Part shown: piece after piece, positions 7,581 through 18,600 of the stretch
Layout of the letters: each line of letters starts with the position of its first letter
Numbering within the stretch: position 1 is the stretch's first letter
Source: a virus
Lineage: Duplodnaviria; Caudoviricetes
IMG/VR virus record: IMGVR_UViG_3300033120_000461
Location: 1 to 64,000 of that record
DNA: 64,000 bases
Reading direction: 5' to 3' (one strand)
Position numbers and translations under genes: made by a program
Notes under the pieces: model-generated
Databases searched by the model: none
The model's input: only the letters and a program-made list of their open reading frames with translations
Told to the model about the DNA's origin: nothing

Positions 7581-8072
7581 ATGAGTGTAGACACCAACAT
7601 TTACCTTGGCCCGTACGCTAGGTTTCCATACACCCCGAAGACTCATGCAGTGCCGGTCCAACGCTGCTCTAACGTCACATGCACACGTCATGTTGATAAG
7701 TACGCAAACTACAACTCGTACTGCTCAGACTGTGGCGCTCCAGTTACAAAGCAATTTCGTACCTCTGATCCACAATCACCTGATGTGAACTCTCTCCTAG
7801 ACCGGAAAGAGAGAGTGGTTGAACTTCACGTCGACCCTAAGAACAACATCCTATATGTGTGTTCGAATTTGGTGCGACCCAAACCAGACCGCTCACTCAT
7901 GCTCGATTTCACGGATGGGTACACAAATGGTCCGGTGCCCATTACCCCAGAATTGATTGAGAGTGAGAAGGCCTACTTCGAGAAAGAGTTCGAAGAGGAG
8001 CTTGCCACACTGGGGAAAGCATTGGGCAGTCCTGCTGAAATCATGTGGGGATACCACATGTACCATAGTTGA
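7581..8072 (+). CDS. Hypothetical protein with a zinc-ribbon-like motif
   Basis: CSNVTC...YCSDCG. Confidence 0.7.
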   Translation: MSVDTNIYLGPYARFPYTPKTHAVPVQRCSNVTCTRHVDKYANYNSYCSDCGAPVTKQFRTSDPQSPDVNSLLDRKERVVELHVDPKNNILYVCSNLVRPKPDRSLMLDFTDGYTNGPVPITPELIESEKAYFEKEFEEELATLGKALGSPAEIMWGYHMYHS

Positions 8073-8075
8073 ATC

Positions 8076-9143
8076 ATGAAACCCGTACTTCTCACACGAG
8101 ATCAATTTCGCTCAGGTGTTTTCGAACGAGACTCCAATAGGTGTGTCGTGCGCAATGCACTTGGTGTTCGCTGCGAGCAAGAAGCAGCGGACGCTCACCA
8201 CATTCTTGAACGCCGTCTTTGGTCTGATGGTGGCTACTACCTGGACAATGGTGCTTCGGTATGTCCAGACCATCACATTGAGGCTGAGCAGACCTTGATA
8301 GGATGCACAGACCTGCGTGAGTGGGCTGGGATCACAAACCTAGTCATCCCCGACCACCTTTACAGAGATCAGGGCTACGACAAATGGGGGAACCCCCTTC
8401 TTCCGAATGGCTCTCGGATGTGTGGTGAGCTTTTCTACGACGAATCTGTGCAGAAGATCCTGGCCCCTGTGCTGCACCTGTTCACGGTACGAGTAAAGTA
8501 TCCGAGGACGTACCATCTCCCTTGGTCTCCTGGGGTCACCAAAGACGATCGTGTCATCGCTGCCAAGGACCTGGATGCTCTTTTGAATATGGAGCTAGTC
8601 GTGACGGCCAAGATGGACGGGGAAAACACAACCATGTACCGAGATGGTCTTCATGCCCGCTCCTTGGACTATGAGCCTCATGGGTCTCGGGACTGGGTTC
8701 GAGCGCTCCATGCTCGGGTGGCTCATGAAATCCCAGAACGTTGGCGTATTTGTGGGGAGAACCTTTTCGCAAAGCACTCGATCCACTACTCCAATCTGGA
8801 GTCTCAATTCTTGGTCTTCTCCATCTGGGATGGTCTTCGCTGCCTGTCTTGGGACGACACTGTCGAGTATGCAGGAATGCTGAACCTTCCAGTTGTACCT
8901 GCCCTCTCAAGAGGCTCGTACCTCAGGACCCAACTTCAGGCCTTGGGCCCAACTCTGGTGAAGGATGGGTACCAGGGAGACCCCTGCGAAGGCTTTGTTG
9001 TTCGTCGAGCAGATGAGTTCCAGTATGGGGATTTCAGACGTTCAGTGGCCAAGTACGTCCGAGCCAACCACGTACAGACACACGGACACTGGATGCGCAA
9101 TCAAATCACCCCCAACACAACCCGCCGTGATGACAAGCACTGA
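8076..9143 (+). CDS. HNH domain fused to an ATP-dependent RNA ligase
   Basis: N-terminal VFERDSNRC...DAHHI...LDNGASVCPDHH (HNH); C-terminal KYPRTYHLPWS, VTAKMDGENTT (motif I), ICGENL, CEGFVVR, VAKYVR. Confidence 0.85.
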   Translation: MKPVLLTRDQFRSGVFERDSNRCVVRNALGVRCEQEAADAHHILERRLWSDGGYYLDNGASVCPDHHIEAEQTLIGCTDLREWAGITNLVIPDHLYRDQGYDKWGNPLLPNGSRMCGELFYDESVQKILAPVLHLFTVRVKYPRTYHLPWSPGVTKDDRVIAAKDLDALLNMELVVTAKMDGENTTMYRDGLHARSLDYEPHGSRDWVRALHARVAHEIPERWRICGENLFAKHSIHYSNLESQFLVFSIWDGLRCLSWDDTVEYAGMLNLPVVPALSRGSYLRTQLQALGPTLVKDGYQGDPCEGFVVRRADEFQYGDFRRSVAKYVRANHVQTHGHWMRNQITPNTTRRDDKH

Positions 9144-9435
9144 TTTCCGCCAAGATGAACACCGTCTTCATATCGGACGGCGTGTGCTCTCAATCCTTCG
9201 AGCGCGGGAGCAGGGAGTGCCTGTCGAGGGGCTGCTTCCATCCGTTGCTGATGTACGTGATGCATTCGAAGGCCTGGTGTGGTTCAACAATTGCGACGAG
9301 CCGACCAAGACTATGTTGGTTGCCGCAGTAGCTGACACAGGTGATTGGTTTGTGTTTGAGGACCTTGAGACTCTAGTTGAGGAACTCACAAGCACCCTTG
9401 ATGCTGAGGAGCAGCTCCTTGCAGCCGGATTCTAG
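9130..9435 (+). CDS. Hypothetical protein
   Basis: ATG 9130 overlaps the ligase 3' end; ends in TAG. Confidence 0.6.
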   Translation: MTSTDFRQDEHRLHIGRRVLSILRAREQGVPVEGLLPSVADVRDAFEGLVWFNNCDEPTKTMLVAAVADTGDWFVFEDLETLVEELTSTLDAEEQLLAAGF

Positions 9436-9466
9436 CTGAGCACCTCGGGAAGTGGAGCCAAGTGCG

Positions 9467-9640
9467 ATGAGCGAAGAGAACGTATACAAGGTTGGAGATA
9501 TCGTACGTGTTGTGCGTGGGGCATACCTTGGAAGCGTCTGCACAGTCACTGAGGTGAGAGGTCAGATGCTAGTCCTTGCTGGAGTATTGGTCATCGCACC
9601 CGATGGGGTTGAGATGTGCCCCACTGAGGAGAAACCATGA
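9467..9640 (+). CDS. Small KOW/SH3-like hypothetical protein
   Basis: YKVGDIVRVVRGAYLGSVCTV. Confidence 0.6.
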   Translation: MSEENVYKVGDIVRVVRGAYLGSVCTVTEVRGQMLVLAGVLVIAPDGVEMCPTEEKP

Positions 9641-9942
9641 AACTAATTTCTCCAGAGATGAGACGAATCAAAAGATGGAGGCCTCGGATCAATTCAATGC
9701 GTCCCAGAGAACACAAAATGAGCTTCTGCTTGCTTTGTGAGTGCTACATGATGATCTGTGGAGCTTGCGGAAACAACACTTGCAATGGCGGATATGGCCA
9801 GAGCAAGAAAGGCAGAAAGTGCAATAGGTGTCCTTCTGCATACATAGCTGCCGAAAAAATCGAACAAGAAAGTCAGGTCGACGGGGAAGCTATGATCAAA
9901 TGGCTGAAAGAAGGTGGGAGTCCACCATGGGAGAAAACATGA
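9637..9942 (+). CDS. Cys-rich hypothetical protein
   Basis: CLLCEC...CGACGNNTCNGG...CNRC; ATGA-coupled on both sides. Confidence 0.7.
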   Translation: MKLISPEMRRIKRWRPRINSMRPREHKMSFCLLCECYMMICGACGNNTCNGGYGQSKKGRKCNRCPSAYIAAEKIEQESQVDGEAMIKWLKEGGSPPWEKT

Positions 9943-10511
9943 AACTGATTCAGGTTGGAAATGAAGACACTCAAACCAAGCCCACACCAATGGTCTACAG
10001 AGAACGTGCTGGGTGGTTCTATGGGTGGAAGTTCTCTGAGCACTTTAGGGATAATGGAGGGAATGAGCTTTTTGTCGGAGAAGGCCCGTTCAAGTCGTAT
10101 CCAGAGACCATCATGGAAGCTCGCCAAGCAGGCTATGAGGTTAACAACCTCGGTTGGAAACATCGCTTGGTTTCCGCCAACTGGTACAACCACACGATTG
10201 ATGGTTATCCAGGTTGGGAGCTTGTTCCTGGGTCCAAAGACCCAGCCTTCGTGAAGTTGTCTCACCCCACTGACGACCCAACTCACGACCCTCAGGGTCT
10301 CTGCAACAAGTGGGACGATATCGCCACAGTCGACTTCTACAAGCGAGATTGGACTGAGGATGGTATTCCCCTTCTACGTAAGGGGGAAACCTACTGGTCA
10401 GGGTGGTGGTTTGAAACAATCGCAGAACGAGACCAATTCATTGCTTGGGTCATGCAACAACCTGGTGGACATCAGGTTGTGTGGATCGACGCGAAGGAAG
10501 TAGGGCAATGA
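9939..10511 (+). CDS. Hypothetical protein
   Basis: Start moved to the coupled ATG 9939 (MKLIQVGN). Confidence 0.65.
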   Translation: MKLIQVGNEDTQTKPTPMVYRERAGWFYGWKFSEHFRDNGGNELFVGEGPFKSYPETIMEARQAGYEVNNLGWKHRLVSANWYNHTIDGYPGWELVPGSKDPAFVKLSHPTDDPTHDPQGLCNKWDDIATVDFYKRDWTEDGIPLLRKGETYWSGWWFETIAERDQFIAWVMQQPGGHQVVWIDAKEVGQ

Positions 10512-10514
10512 CCT

Positions 10515-10542
10515 TTGTTGCTGATGGGTTGAGTCAGCACAC
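10515..10542. repeat. Dispersed palindromic element, copy 1
   Basis: TTGTTGCTGATGGGTTGAGTCAGCACAC; 26/28 identical to 57510-57537. Confidence 0.8.
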
Positions 10543-10609
10543 CATTTGTAACGAGAAGTATACCTCACTCACAGATAGGTGCGAGCAAAATGGTCACTAG
10601 AACGACGGC

Positions 10610-10885
10610 TCAACCGTTAGAGGCCCTACCCAGAAAAGTCCTTCGAATAAATCTCACATTCGAAATGGGTTCACGGGGTTCTTCTACCAATCCTAGTCTT
10701 TGAGCATCTGAGCAGGAAGACTTACCTGGACAACTCTTCCGACTGGGGCATCTCAAACACAATCGAATCAAAGCAGCCTCTCTTTTTAGAAGAGAGGTAG
10801 CAGGGATGTACTCCGCTACAGAGGTCTTTAGGCGAGCCCTGGCCGCTTGAAACTCAGATTCATAGTCCTTCAGCACGGAACCCAC
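10610..10885 (-). CDS. Hypothetical Cys-containing protein
   Basis: GTG start directly after the upstream TGA, same frame. Confidence 0.5.
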   Translation of the reverse strand: MGSVLKDYESEFQAARARLKTSVAEYIPATSLLKREAALIRLCLRCPSRKSCPGKSSCSDAQRLGLVEEPREPISNVRFIRRTFLGRASNG

Positions 10886-11170
10886 TCACTTCTTAACTAG
10901 GTGAAGTAGGGGGGGGAGAAAGCCAGGTCTGGAAGCCATACGTGTACGTCTAGCTTCCAAAAGCAAAGCCCGAGCAGCATCTTCTGATGAAGCCGTTGCT
11001 CCTCGAAGAATGTTTACTGCATCGGCCAAGTCTGTTTGAGACTTTGAAGCAGCCCGAGTCAACTGATGTCGGATGGTGTCATCACCCTCCCTCTCACGTC
11101 TACGTCGAACTGCTTCAGACTCCTCTTCGACTACACGGATTTTTGGGGTTCGGGGGCTCTTTTCGCTCAT
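10886..11170 (-). CDS. Hypothetical protein
   Basis: ATGA-coupled to the holin-like gene. Confidence 0.6.
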   Translation of the reverse strand: MSEKSPRTPKIRVVEEESEAVRRRREREGDDTIRHQLTRAASKSQTDLADAVNILRGATASSEDAARALLLEARRTRMASRPGFLPPLLHLVKK

Positions 11171-11562
11171 GGTCTTCTCCGAATGTCATCACCAATTTCC
11201 CGCATTGTGTCACGCACCTCGATGAGGGCCTCCTTGTTCTGGCCAAGGAGTTGAGCAATGTTGGTCATTGATGTTGTGGCTTGCTTCGTGAGATCTACCA
11301 GCTGAGCCTGGTAGGATTTTGCGTCATCAATCCGAAGCTGTTGAAGACGCTCAATGGCCTGCATGTAAGCTGCATGCTCATGCGCTCTGTGCTCTTCGTA
11401 CTTTCTTCTCTCCTCGTCCCGAGAGGCCAGAAGTTCTTTCCGTTCCTTGCTCCATTCTCGATACAGGTACCCAATCACCCAGCCAAAAACTATGACTAGG
11501 ATCCCCAGTATCCCGTACTGAAAGAGGCGTTCAACGGAACCTGTGATTACCTGATCTGGCAC
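11167..11562 (-). CDS. Holin-like membrane protein (BhlA-like topology)
   Basis: LFQYGILGILVIVFGWVIGYLY single transmembrane helix followed by a charged coiled coil. Confidence 0.6.
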   Translation of the reverse strand: MPDQVITGSVERLFQYGILGILVIVFGWVIGYLYREWSKERKELLASRDEERRKYEEHRAHEHAAYMQAIERLQQLRIDDAKSYQAQLVDLTKQATTSMTNIAQLLGQNKEALIEVRDTMREIGDDIRRRP

Positions 11563-11614
11563 TGATTCTAGCTCCCGTGATTCAAGCTACTCTCAACCCA
11601 GAGGTATCGGAAAG

Positions 11615-12496
11615 TTAGGGAGACAGGGCTGAAGGTTCGATATTGAAGTCCTTTTGAAGTTTAGCCCAATCGAACTTGAACCCACTCCCTGTCCAATCCA
11701 CATACCGCATCCCAATCACAAAGGATAGCCGAGCAACCAGAGCGATTGGCAGGAAGGTGAATGTGCCTGACCCCAAGGTCATGTTGATCAATAGCCCAAG
11801 AACACTTCCTGGGAGACTCGACAGGAGATCAAACAACGATAGCTGCCCGCTCAAAGCTTCCAAAAGAGACTTCAAGTCCCACTCAAACTCTGCGACGTTC
11901 ACCCAGATGAAGATGTAGATGCCGACCAACACGACCTTGCTGATCGTAGGAACACGTTCCTTCAACCACAGGTCGAATTGCTCAACATGAGGTTTCACAT
12001 GAGACCCAATGAACTTCTCGAAACTGGGGGATACCTTCATCAGTCTTTCCAGAATCGAGTTGACACTGAACAACTTTGATTCTGGCAGCGTGAAGAGCTT
12101 CATTGGAAGCGTCTGAAAGATGTGGTGCATGACCTTCTTCAAGGCCCCCATTCCGTCTTTAGCTAGTTCCTTCAGCTTTTCCGGTAGTTGACCGAGTGAC
12201 TCAACTCCAAGGAACTCCTTCACACGACCCCAGAGTTTTGGGAACTTCGTGGCAGACATCACAATCTGCTTGAACTTTCGAAGCAGGTTTCCCACACCCG
12301 CTACATGCATCACACTCTCCAGGAATAGGCTTTCACCCATAGCTACAAGAGCCCTCTCCAGAGGTCGTCTAGCACTTGCTGTTCGACCATATGAGGAACA
12401 CGCAAGACGAGCTGCATTCCGAATGTGAGTTCGGGCAACGACTCGTGACACCATCCCTTCTTGGAGAGTCTGGGAAATCATCTCAGAAGGTTTCAT
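11615..12496 (-). CDS. Hypothetical protein, possibly virion or membrane associated
   Basis: 293 aa with hydrophobic C-terminal segments; coupled to the upstream structural gene. Confidence 0.7.
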   Translation of the reverse strand: MKPSEMISQTLQEGMVSRVVARTHIRNAARLACSSYGRTASARRPLERALVAMGESLFLESVMHVAGVGNLLRKFKQIVMSATKFPKLWGRVKEFLGVESLGQLPEKLKELAKDGMGALKKVMHHIFQTLPMKLFTLPESKLFSVNSILERLMKVSPSFEKFIGSHVKPHVEQFDLWLKERVPTISKVVLVGIYIFIWVNVAEFEWDLKSLLEALSGQLSLFDLLSSLPGSVLGLLINMTLGSGTFTFLPIALVARLSFVIGMRYVDWTGSGFKFDWAKLQKDFNIEPSALSP

Positions 12497-15400
12497 GTGA
12501 CGACTTCAATCCCAACAAGACCTCGAACATCTCTTGTGGGGTCTGTTGCGGGCACATTTTCCCAGTTGAGTGCACGTCCTGTAGGGTTGTCTCGAATACA
12601 TACCTTGACCAAGACAGGACACTTCCCCTCAGAGTTGAGGAAGAGAGTTGCAAGAGGTCCTGTGCTGACTTCGATTTGTGTGTAGAGGATCTGAGACTCA
12701 GGGTCTATCAGTTCAAAGGTATTTGGTCCGGATACCATACACCCAGCACCGTCCAAAATAGGGTCTTGCTTGGATGGGCCCGATCCATCTACACGACCAA
12801 CGTCAAGCCATGTCGTAAGACCAGGAATCTTGATGGCTGCATACACACCAACACCACCTAGTCCAGATCCTGCAAAGGATAGGTCCGAGAGAGAAAGACC
12901 CCAGAATCTGAGGATGAGGCTTGTGGCGCCAACATTCGCAGCCCCAGCGTCAAAGCACCTTTGGTAAACACGATCTCCAACAGCACCAGAGTAGTCTGGC
13001 CCAGTTGGGTTGTATCCAGTGGAATAGTCTGTCTGCGGGTAGACCAACAAGCCCCGAGAAGGGAAAGGTGAAGTGACCCCGTCTGTGTACGGAGCATTTC
13101 GCGCAGGCAACCCCGCAACCTGAAGTTCTGATTGGATTCCAGGGACAACACTCGTGACCAAGTTTTCAACTGAGAGGTTCGAGAAGTAGAATCCAGGGTA
13201 GTTTGGGTCTCCAAGGATGGGACGCACAGGAACTTGGATAGGTGAGAACCCTAGTGGCAACCCTGGTCCGCTAAGTGTTGCTCGGGTCTCCACAGAAAGC
13301 GCTGAAGGCAACCAAGATTGAGGATAACGATAGATCTCATCAAGGAAGCGTTCTTCCTTGTCCTTAGTTGCGTTTTGGACAGCGTTTGTGTTGTGAACAG
13401 GATTTCCATAGGTGGGTTTGATTCCTCCTGCTGGAACGTTGTTCTCCTTCATCGAGTGGTAGAGGGTTTTGACTGCTGTGTTCAACGGCAAGTCCAGACC
13501 ATCTCCAGGAGATGCAGGCAGAGGGTATCCCGTCATCACATCTGTGTTCAGAGGACGACGAGCAAACAGACGTACTTTTGCGTCTGTTGTGAAGGATGGT
13601 TGGAATTGGTCTCCCTCAAACCGAATCCCATTTGCAATTGTGAACCCCGTAATTTGGATGACTGCATTGTCTGATGGGGCAGGGTCTGTATCCCCACCAC
13701 GCAAGTCTGCATATCCAAACTCAATCCTTTGACGTCTCACTTGACCGAGTTCGGCTGGAAACAATGAACTCCCAACTAGAACTCCACCCAGAGAAATTGT
13801 AGTTCCTGGAGTAGGATTGTTCTCATCCCCCTCAAAACTGAAGGAAGAGAGAGACATGAACAGAGGGTTTTGATTTGTTGCACGGAAACGAGAATCCCCA
13901 AGAAGAGGGCCTGCTGTCGGAAGTTGGTCATGAGACCTGTAGCTTTCCGAGAACACATCTGTCACCTGAGCAGATATGTCTGTGATCCCAAGATTGTAGG
14001 AGAGCGTGTTTGCTACTGCAAAATTCGGATCACGAGGAGTGAAGTACGAAACACCAGACACACTGGTACCTGTTGCCCCACCCTTTACACTCAGTGTGTA
14101 ACTGTTGATCCCAAAGAGGGCTGGAACCCCAGAACTTGGGTCTTCCATGATTTCTGAGCAGTTTACAGAGTAGGCACTAGAAATGCTAGGTTTTGGATCT
14201 ACCTGTTCAATCAAGTTGGAGGTTTGGGCTGACCCAGACCAATTCACCAAGTTAACGGAGTAGACCTGAGATGCTATGGGAGCCACACCATCTCGAACAT
14301 AGCTCTCAAAGTCAGCTTCTCGGCGAAAGTGTACGAGAGCATATGAACCATCACGTCTCAAACTGGAAGCAGTGCCAAGGGCAAGCACAAATCGATGTCT
14401 GTACCTAGCGATTTGTACTGCCCAGTAGTTTGCAGTGAAATCATCATATCCCCCACCACTATCGGAGGAAAAAGTGGAAGATGGAGCTAGATTGATGAAG
14501 TATCTCGATCTTTCCTCTGTCGGGGTATACGGCAAACCTGTGAGACTGTTCGAGTAGTCCATCAGGTAAGGGAGTCTGTAAGCGAGGAAATTCCCATCCG
14601 TTCCAACTCCACCACGTGAATTCGTGGTAGCTCCAAAAACTGGGATCCCATCTGCATTTGTAGGCGGGGAGAAGGTTGCGGCCGCAGGATCTGTCAGTAG
14701 ACGAACTTGGCCTGCTGATGGATTTCCAGTGGGGGCAGGTCCTGGTGTCCTAGAGAATCCTCCTTGGATTTCATCCAGGTCGTACTGACCTGAAGCTTGA
14801 CCAGGAAAGTCATAAGGAGTTGGAGTACCCAAAGAGAAAATGCCCCCTGGATCTCCATCGCAGCCCGCTCCCCCACTTGCAATTCCACGGCCGAGAAGCA
14901 CTGCTGCAATACAGCGATTCTCCACGTCGGAAACAGAAGTGGCTGGAACAGGTGCTGATAGGTCTCCTGTGTCCCAAGTTACAAGAGCGAGGACTCCTCG
15001 GTCAGCTGGGGACACGATTCCAGAAACAACAACAGCAACATCACCACCAACAGATAGGGGTATTGCAGGGAGAATACGCCATGTTGGGAACCCATCTGCT
15101 GGGTTCCCATTCACAGAGGATGTTGTGAAACCAGCATGGGCTTTGCCACTACCACCACCAGTGTAGACATTGCTTCCATCCACAACGTTGAACACTGGAT
15201 CCGTCACTGGGTCAACACCTGTACCCGACCTAGACACTGCTGATCTCCAGTAGTATGGGAAGATAGCATTTGGGTTGTTGACAGAAGACAGATTCAATGC
15301 GCCATCCCAGAGCTTGAGAATACCCCAGTCAGGAATTCCTGAGTTGGTTGACCCAAGCCAAGGTGGTCCCGCTGAACCTACAGGTCCTGGAGATGGTGGG

Positions 15401-15636
15401 ACAAGTGCTGCCAGTTCGCCAAAAGCCCCTTCAGCGTCCCCAGACAAGTAACGCTCAAAGACGTCTTGAATTGAGATAGATGTGGCTGTGTGGGCCCCAA
15501 AAGAAGCTGCAAGGTGTGCATCCAAAGCACCACTAGAGCCAGCCTCACTTGGTGGAGTGGCTGATGCAGACACAGATCCTGGGATAGCAGACCCAGCACC
15601 TACAGAGATCAAAGAAGGGTCAGTACGAAGTGGCAT
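12493..15636 (-). CDS. Large putative virion structural protein
   Basis: 1047 aa, Gly/Pro/Ser/Thr-rich and beta-like, inside the baseplate block. Confidence 0.75.
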   Translation of the reverse strand: MPLRTDPSLISVGAGSAIPGSVSASATPPSEAGSSGALDAHLAASFGAHTATSISIQDVFERYLSGDAEGAFGELAALVPPSPGPVGSAGPPWLGSTNSGIPDWGILKLWDGALNLSSVNNPNAIFPYYWRSAVSRSGTGVDPVTDPVFNVVDGSNVYTGGGSGKAHAGFTTSSVNGNPADGFPTWRILPAIPLSVGGDVAVVVSGIVSPADRGVLALVTWDTGDLSAPVPATSVSDVENRCIAAVLLGRGIASGGAGCDGDPGGIFSLGTPTPYDFPGQASGQYDLDEIQGGFSRTPGPAPTGNPSAGQVRLLTDPAAATFSPPTNADGIPVFGATTNSRGGVGTDGNFLAYRLPYLMDYSNSLTGLPYTPTEERSRYFINLAPSSTFSSDSGGGYDDFTANYWAVQIARYRHRFVLALGTASSLRRDGSYALVHFRREADFESYVRDGVAPIASQVYSVNLVNWSGSAQTSNLIEQVDPKPSISSAYSVNCSEIMEDPSSGVPALFGINSYTLSVKGGATGTSVSGVSYFTPRDPNFAVANTLSYNLGITDISAQVTDVFSESYRSHDQLPTAGPLLGDSRFRATNQNPLFMSLSSFSFEGDENNPTPGTTISLGGVLVGSSLFPAELGQVRRQRIEFGYADLRGGDTDPAPSDNAVIQITGFTIANGIRFEGDQFQPSFTTDAKVRLFARRPLNTDVMTGYPLPASPGDGLDLPLNTAVKTLYHSMKENNVPAGGIKPTYGNPVHNTNAVQNATKDKEERFLDEIYRYPQSWLPSALSVETRATLSGPGLPLGFSPIQVPVRPILGDPNYPGFYFSNLSVENLVTSVVPGIQSELQVAGLPARNAPYTDGVTSPFPSRGLLVYPQTDYSTGYNPTGPDYSGAVGDRVYQRCFDAGAANVGATSLILRFWGLSLSDLSFAGSGLGGVGVYAAIKIPGLTTWLDVGRVDGSGPSKQDPILDGAGCMVSGPNTFELIDPESQILYTQIEVSTGPLATLFLNSEGKCPVLVKVCIRDNPTGRALNWENVPATDPTRDVRGLVGIEVVT

Positions 15637-15638
15637 GC

Positions 15639-18600
15639 TCAGTCTCCAACGGAGAGAAGAAGATTTTTGGTTCGGTACAGCGCAGCAGCTGTTCGAATCT
15701 CTGGAAGGTCCGTGAAGGCAATCTTGTTGTCTGAATCCAAGGCCGCAAAACGACTCAAGACAAGGAGGAGAAGCTCACCACGCCTGAAGAGTCGTGTGTC
15801 TTGTAGAACACGAACAAGCATTGGTTGAAAAACCTTGTGCCGAGTTGCTCCAAATAGAGGTTGACTCATGGCAGTTGGCTTGTACCCGTCTCTGTTTCCA
15901 AAGTCGTAATATGCTCGGAACTCTGGATCCTGAACAGGACCTCTTCCAAGAGCTGTTGATCCAAGTGTGATAGGAGCTGTTCCATCCACTTGGACAAACG
16001 AATGCAAACTGATCAACCCTGTAGCAGCAGAAAAGTCTGCAACCGATACTTCAGCAAGCGCTGAGAAATACCACTCTTTGGGTGCAGATACTGGAGGGTT
16101 GCCTGTCGCAATTGCGATTTGATCAAGTGGTGAGGCATAGGGGAATCCGAGGTCTGTAGATCCCTTACCAGCTTGACCTGTCCACAACTCAGAGGAAACA
16201 CTGACGGGCTCTACTACCAACTCCACAGGAAGTTCGGTCACAGGCACCCCACCAGCTTGAGTCCCTGCTGTTTGAGGAGCGTTTGACCTGTAGTAGATGG
16301 AAGTCTGGTATCCAACGGCCCCAGAGCTAGGGACAGCATCCTGTGGGTAGTAAACCACCGAGACAAGGCTCTGGTTTGGCACTGATGCCGCAAGGTTTAC
16401 ACGTCTCTCTGAACTCCCATACGTGGTTCCTGAAGCTGGAGCCAATCCATTTGCAAGCATCGAATCCGCAAAGAATCGTCGTGGAGGATAGACCGTAGAC
16501 CCTGTCCGAGTCACGATGTTGTCTGTGACTCTAACACCAGCAGGCGCAGATTTCTGTTCGAGCTTGACCTCGCGATAGCCTGCCCTGAACTTTGGGTTTG
16601 GAACCCATGTGGACAGCATCTCACTTGGACGTTGAGCAGTGGTGTTCTCAACAATGGGGCCAGCTTGATACCCGGCATACCCAGAGGCCAGGTTGGGCAC
16701 GACCTCAAGGTCTGGTGTCTGCGTCAGACCCACACCCGTTGGGTATGTGATCTCCAACTCGACAAACAACCTTCGTGGAGATCCATTGTCGTTGATGGGA
16801 GTGCCAATGACAGGATGGTCTGCGACGGCTCCACCACCATTTACGACTGATGGGTTGGCGTCCAGTGTCAAGGTCACAGTGGTCGTCCCGATACCAACCA
16901 CGCTAGCCAATTGGGTTCTCTGGTCTATGGGCGTTCCACTGTGGCCATCATCATGGTAGACAGATAGAACGTCTGTGACCTTTGTTCCCACTGGCCAGAA
17001 GCTGGCCACATCTGCAACAATGCTAGGAGTCAACCAACTCTGAAGCGTAGATGGGTTCAGACCTGAAGCACCAGCAAAGGTGAACGTGATTGAGTCCCCT
17101 TCAACCCAAGTGTTGACTGATGGTGGGGCCTTCGTGACTGTGATTCCAGTTGGGTACACCCCAGTTGGAAGGACCTCGAAGACAACTCTCTCAACTACTG
17201 ACTGTGCTCCAAAACGTCTGGCGATGTGGTCATAGTTGCGGATGGGGTTCCCTCGAAGAGTGGTTCCAGAAGCTGGGGCAGTGCCACCCTGAGCAGCAAG
17301 ACGACCAACCTCATCACAGAGCAACGGGTATGTGGACTGGTCTCCAGAACCCGAGGCGATCGTGGTGTAGTCAGAGCCATCGACTTGCCAGGTTGCATTT
17401 CTCTTGTCCAGAAGACTCTGGGTCTGGTACTTCAGCTCGGAGCCAAAGTCATATCCAGGAGGTGTGACATGGCGTCTGAGGTCAAGCAGGTCTGTTGCAG
17501 CTATGATGTCTGCGAAGAGACCATCAGGACGATCGGACTTCACTGCTGCAATGGCGTATGGTCCTCCAGGGTTGAGGTTCGCATTCAAGAACCCCGCAAC
17601 GTGGGAAACTGGAAGACCTCCATTTGCATTCGCAACTGGGGAGAAGCCTCCTGTTGCTGTTGCATCATTGCGTCGAAAGACGAATCCGATTGGGATCGCA
17701 TACACGAACCCATCCACGGTGCCTAGAGCAAATGCAGATGCCTGGCTGCCATCTCCAGAGATGTACAACCCATTGTCCAAGAAGCCGTAAGCTGAAGCAT
17801 CCGAGTTTCCAGATACTGAGGTGGTGTTGGCAGGCACGAAAGGATAAGTGGCAACCGGGGCCCCTTGTGTTCCTTGTGCAAGGATGGCTGTGTTCGAGAA
17901 CCCATCTGGCTGTGTCTTGGGGTTGATGCCAGAAGCTGTGGGGGAAACTCGAATGCGATACTGGATCTGAATCCTCTGTGCGCTTTCCGCATTGAGAACA
18001 GGATCTACAAGCTCATCAGCCAACGCCACACCAGTTGGGCTGCTGACATTTCCATGTCTGTAGACAGTGCTCTGCGATGGCTTGTTAGGCCTGTTTGCGC
18101 CCCCCAAGAGAGTTGCGGCACTCAAGACAATGGAGCCTGCAACAGCTTGTACCCGAGCTAGAGAGATCGTGTTGCTCGCTGTGCCTCCCGAGGTGGCAGA
18201 GACCGTAACCACAGTCGTCCCACTTGTGTCCGCAGCCACATAGCTTGGGTACAAGAGATTGACTGGGTTGTTGATTGCTGCGGCAAGGTTTGCTGCTGCG
18301 GCCGCGCCACTCACCCCAAGAGCGAACCCAGTTGGCCCACCTCCATTGACTGTGAATGTGACACTGGGGCCTCCTACTGAGGTCGCGTCGATCGTAACTG
18401 TGTCACCAGCTGTCAAGGTGAATGGAGGATCTGTTATCGAAATCGTCCCCATAGCTCTTGGGCTAGGAGCAACGAGACAACGCCAAACTTCAAGGAAGAT
18501 GAAATCTGTCCTCTTCACATCTGGTGCAACCCCTGATGAAGCTGAGGGTGCAGGAAGAAGAATGATGTTCGTGTCTGGCGTTGTGGTGTTTGTGTACTCC

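Noticed and set aside
10909-10916. G8 tract as a phase-variation switch
   Set aside because: Single in-frame tract coding Pro-Pro, with no evidence of length variation.
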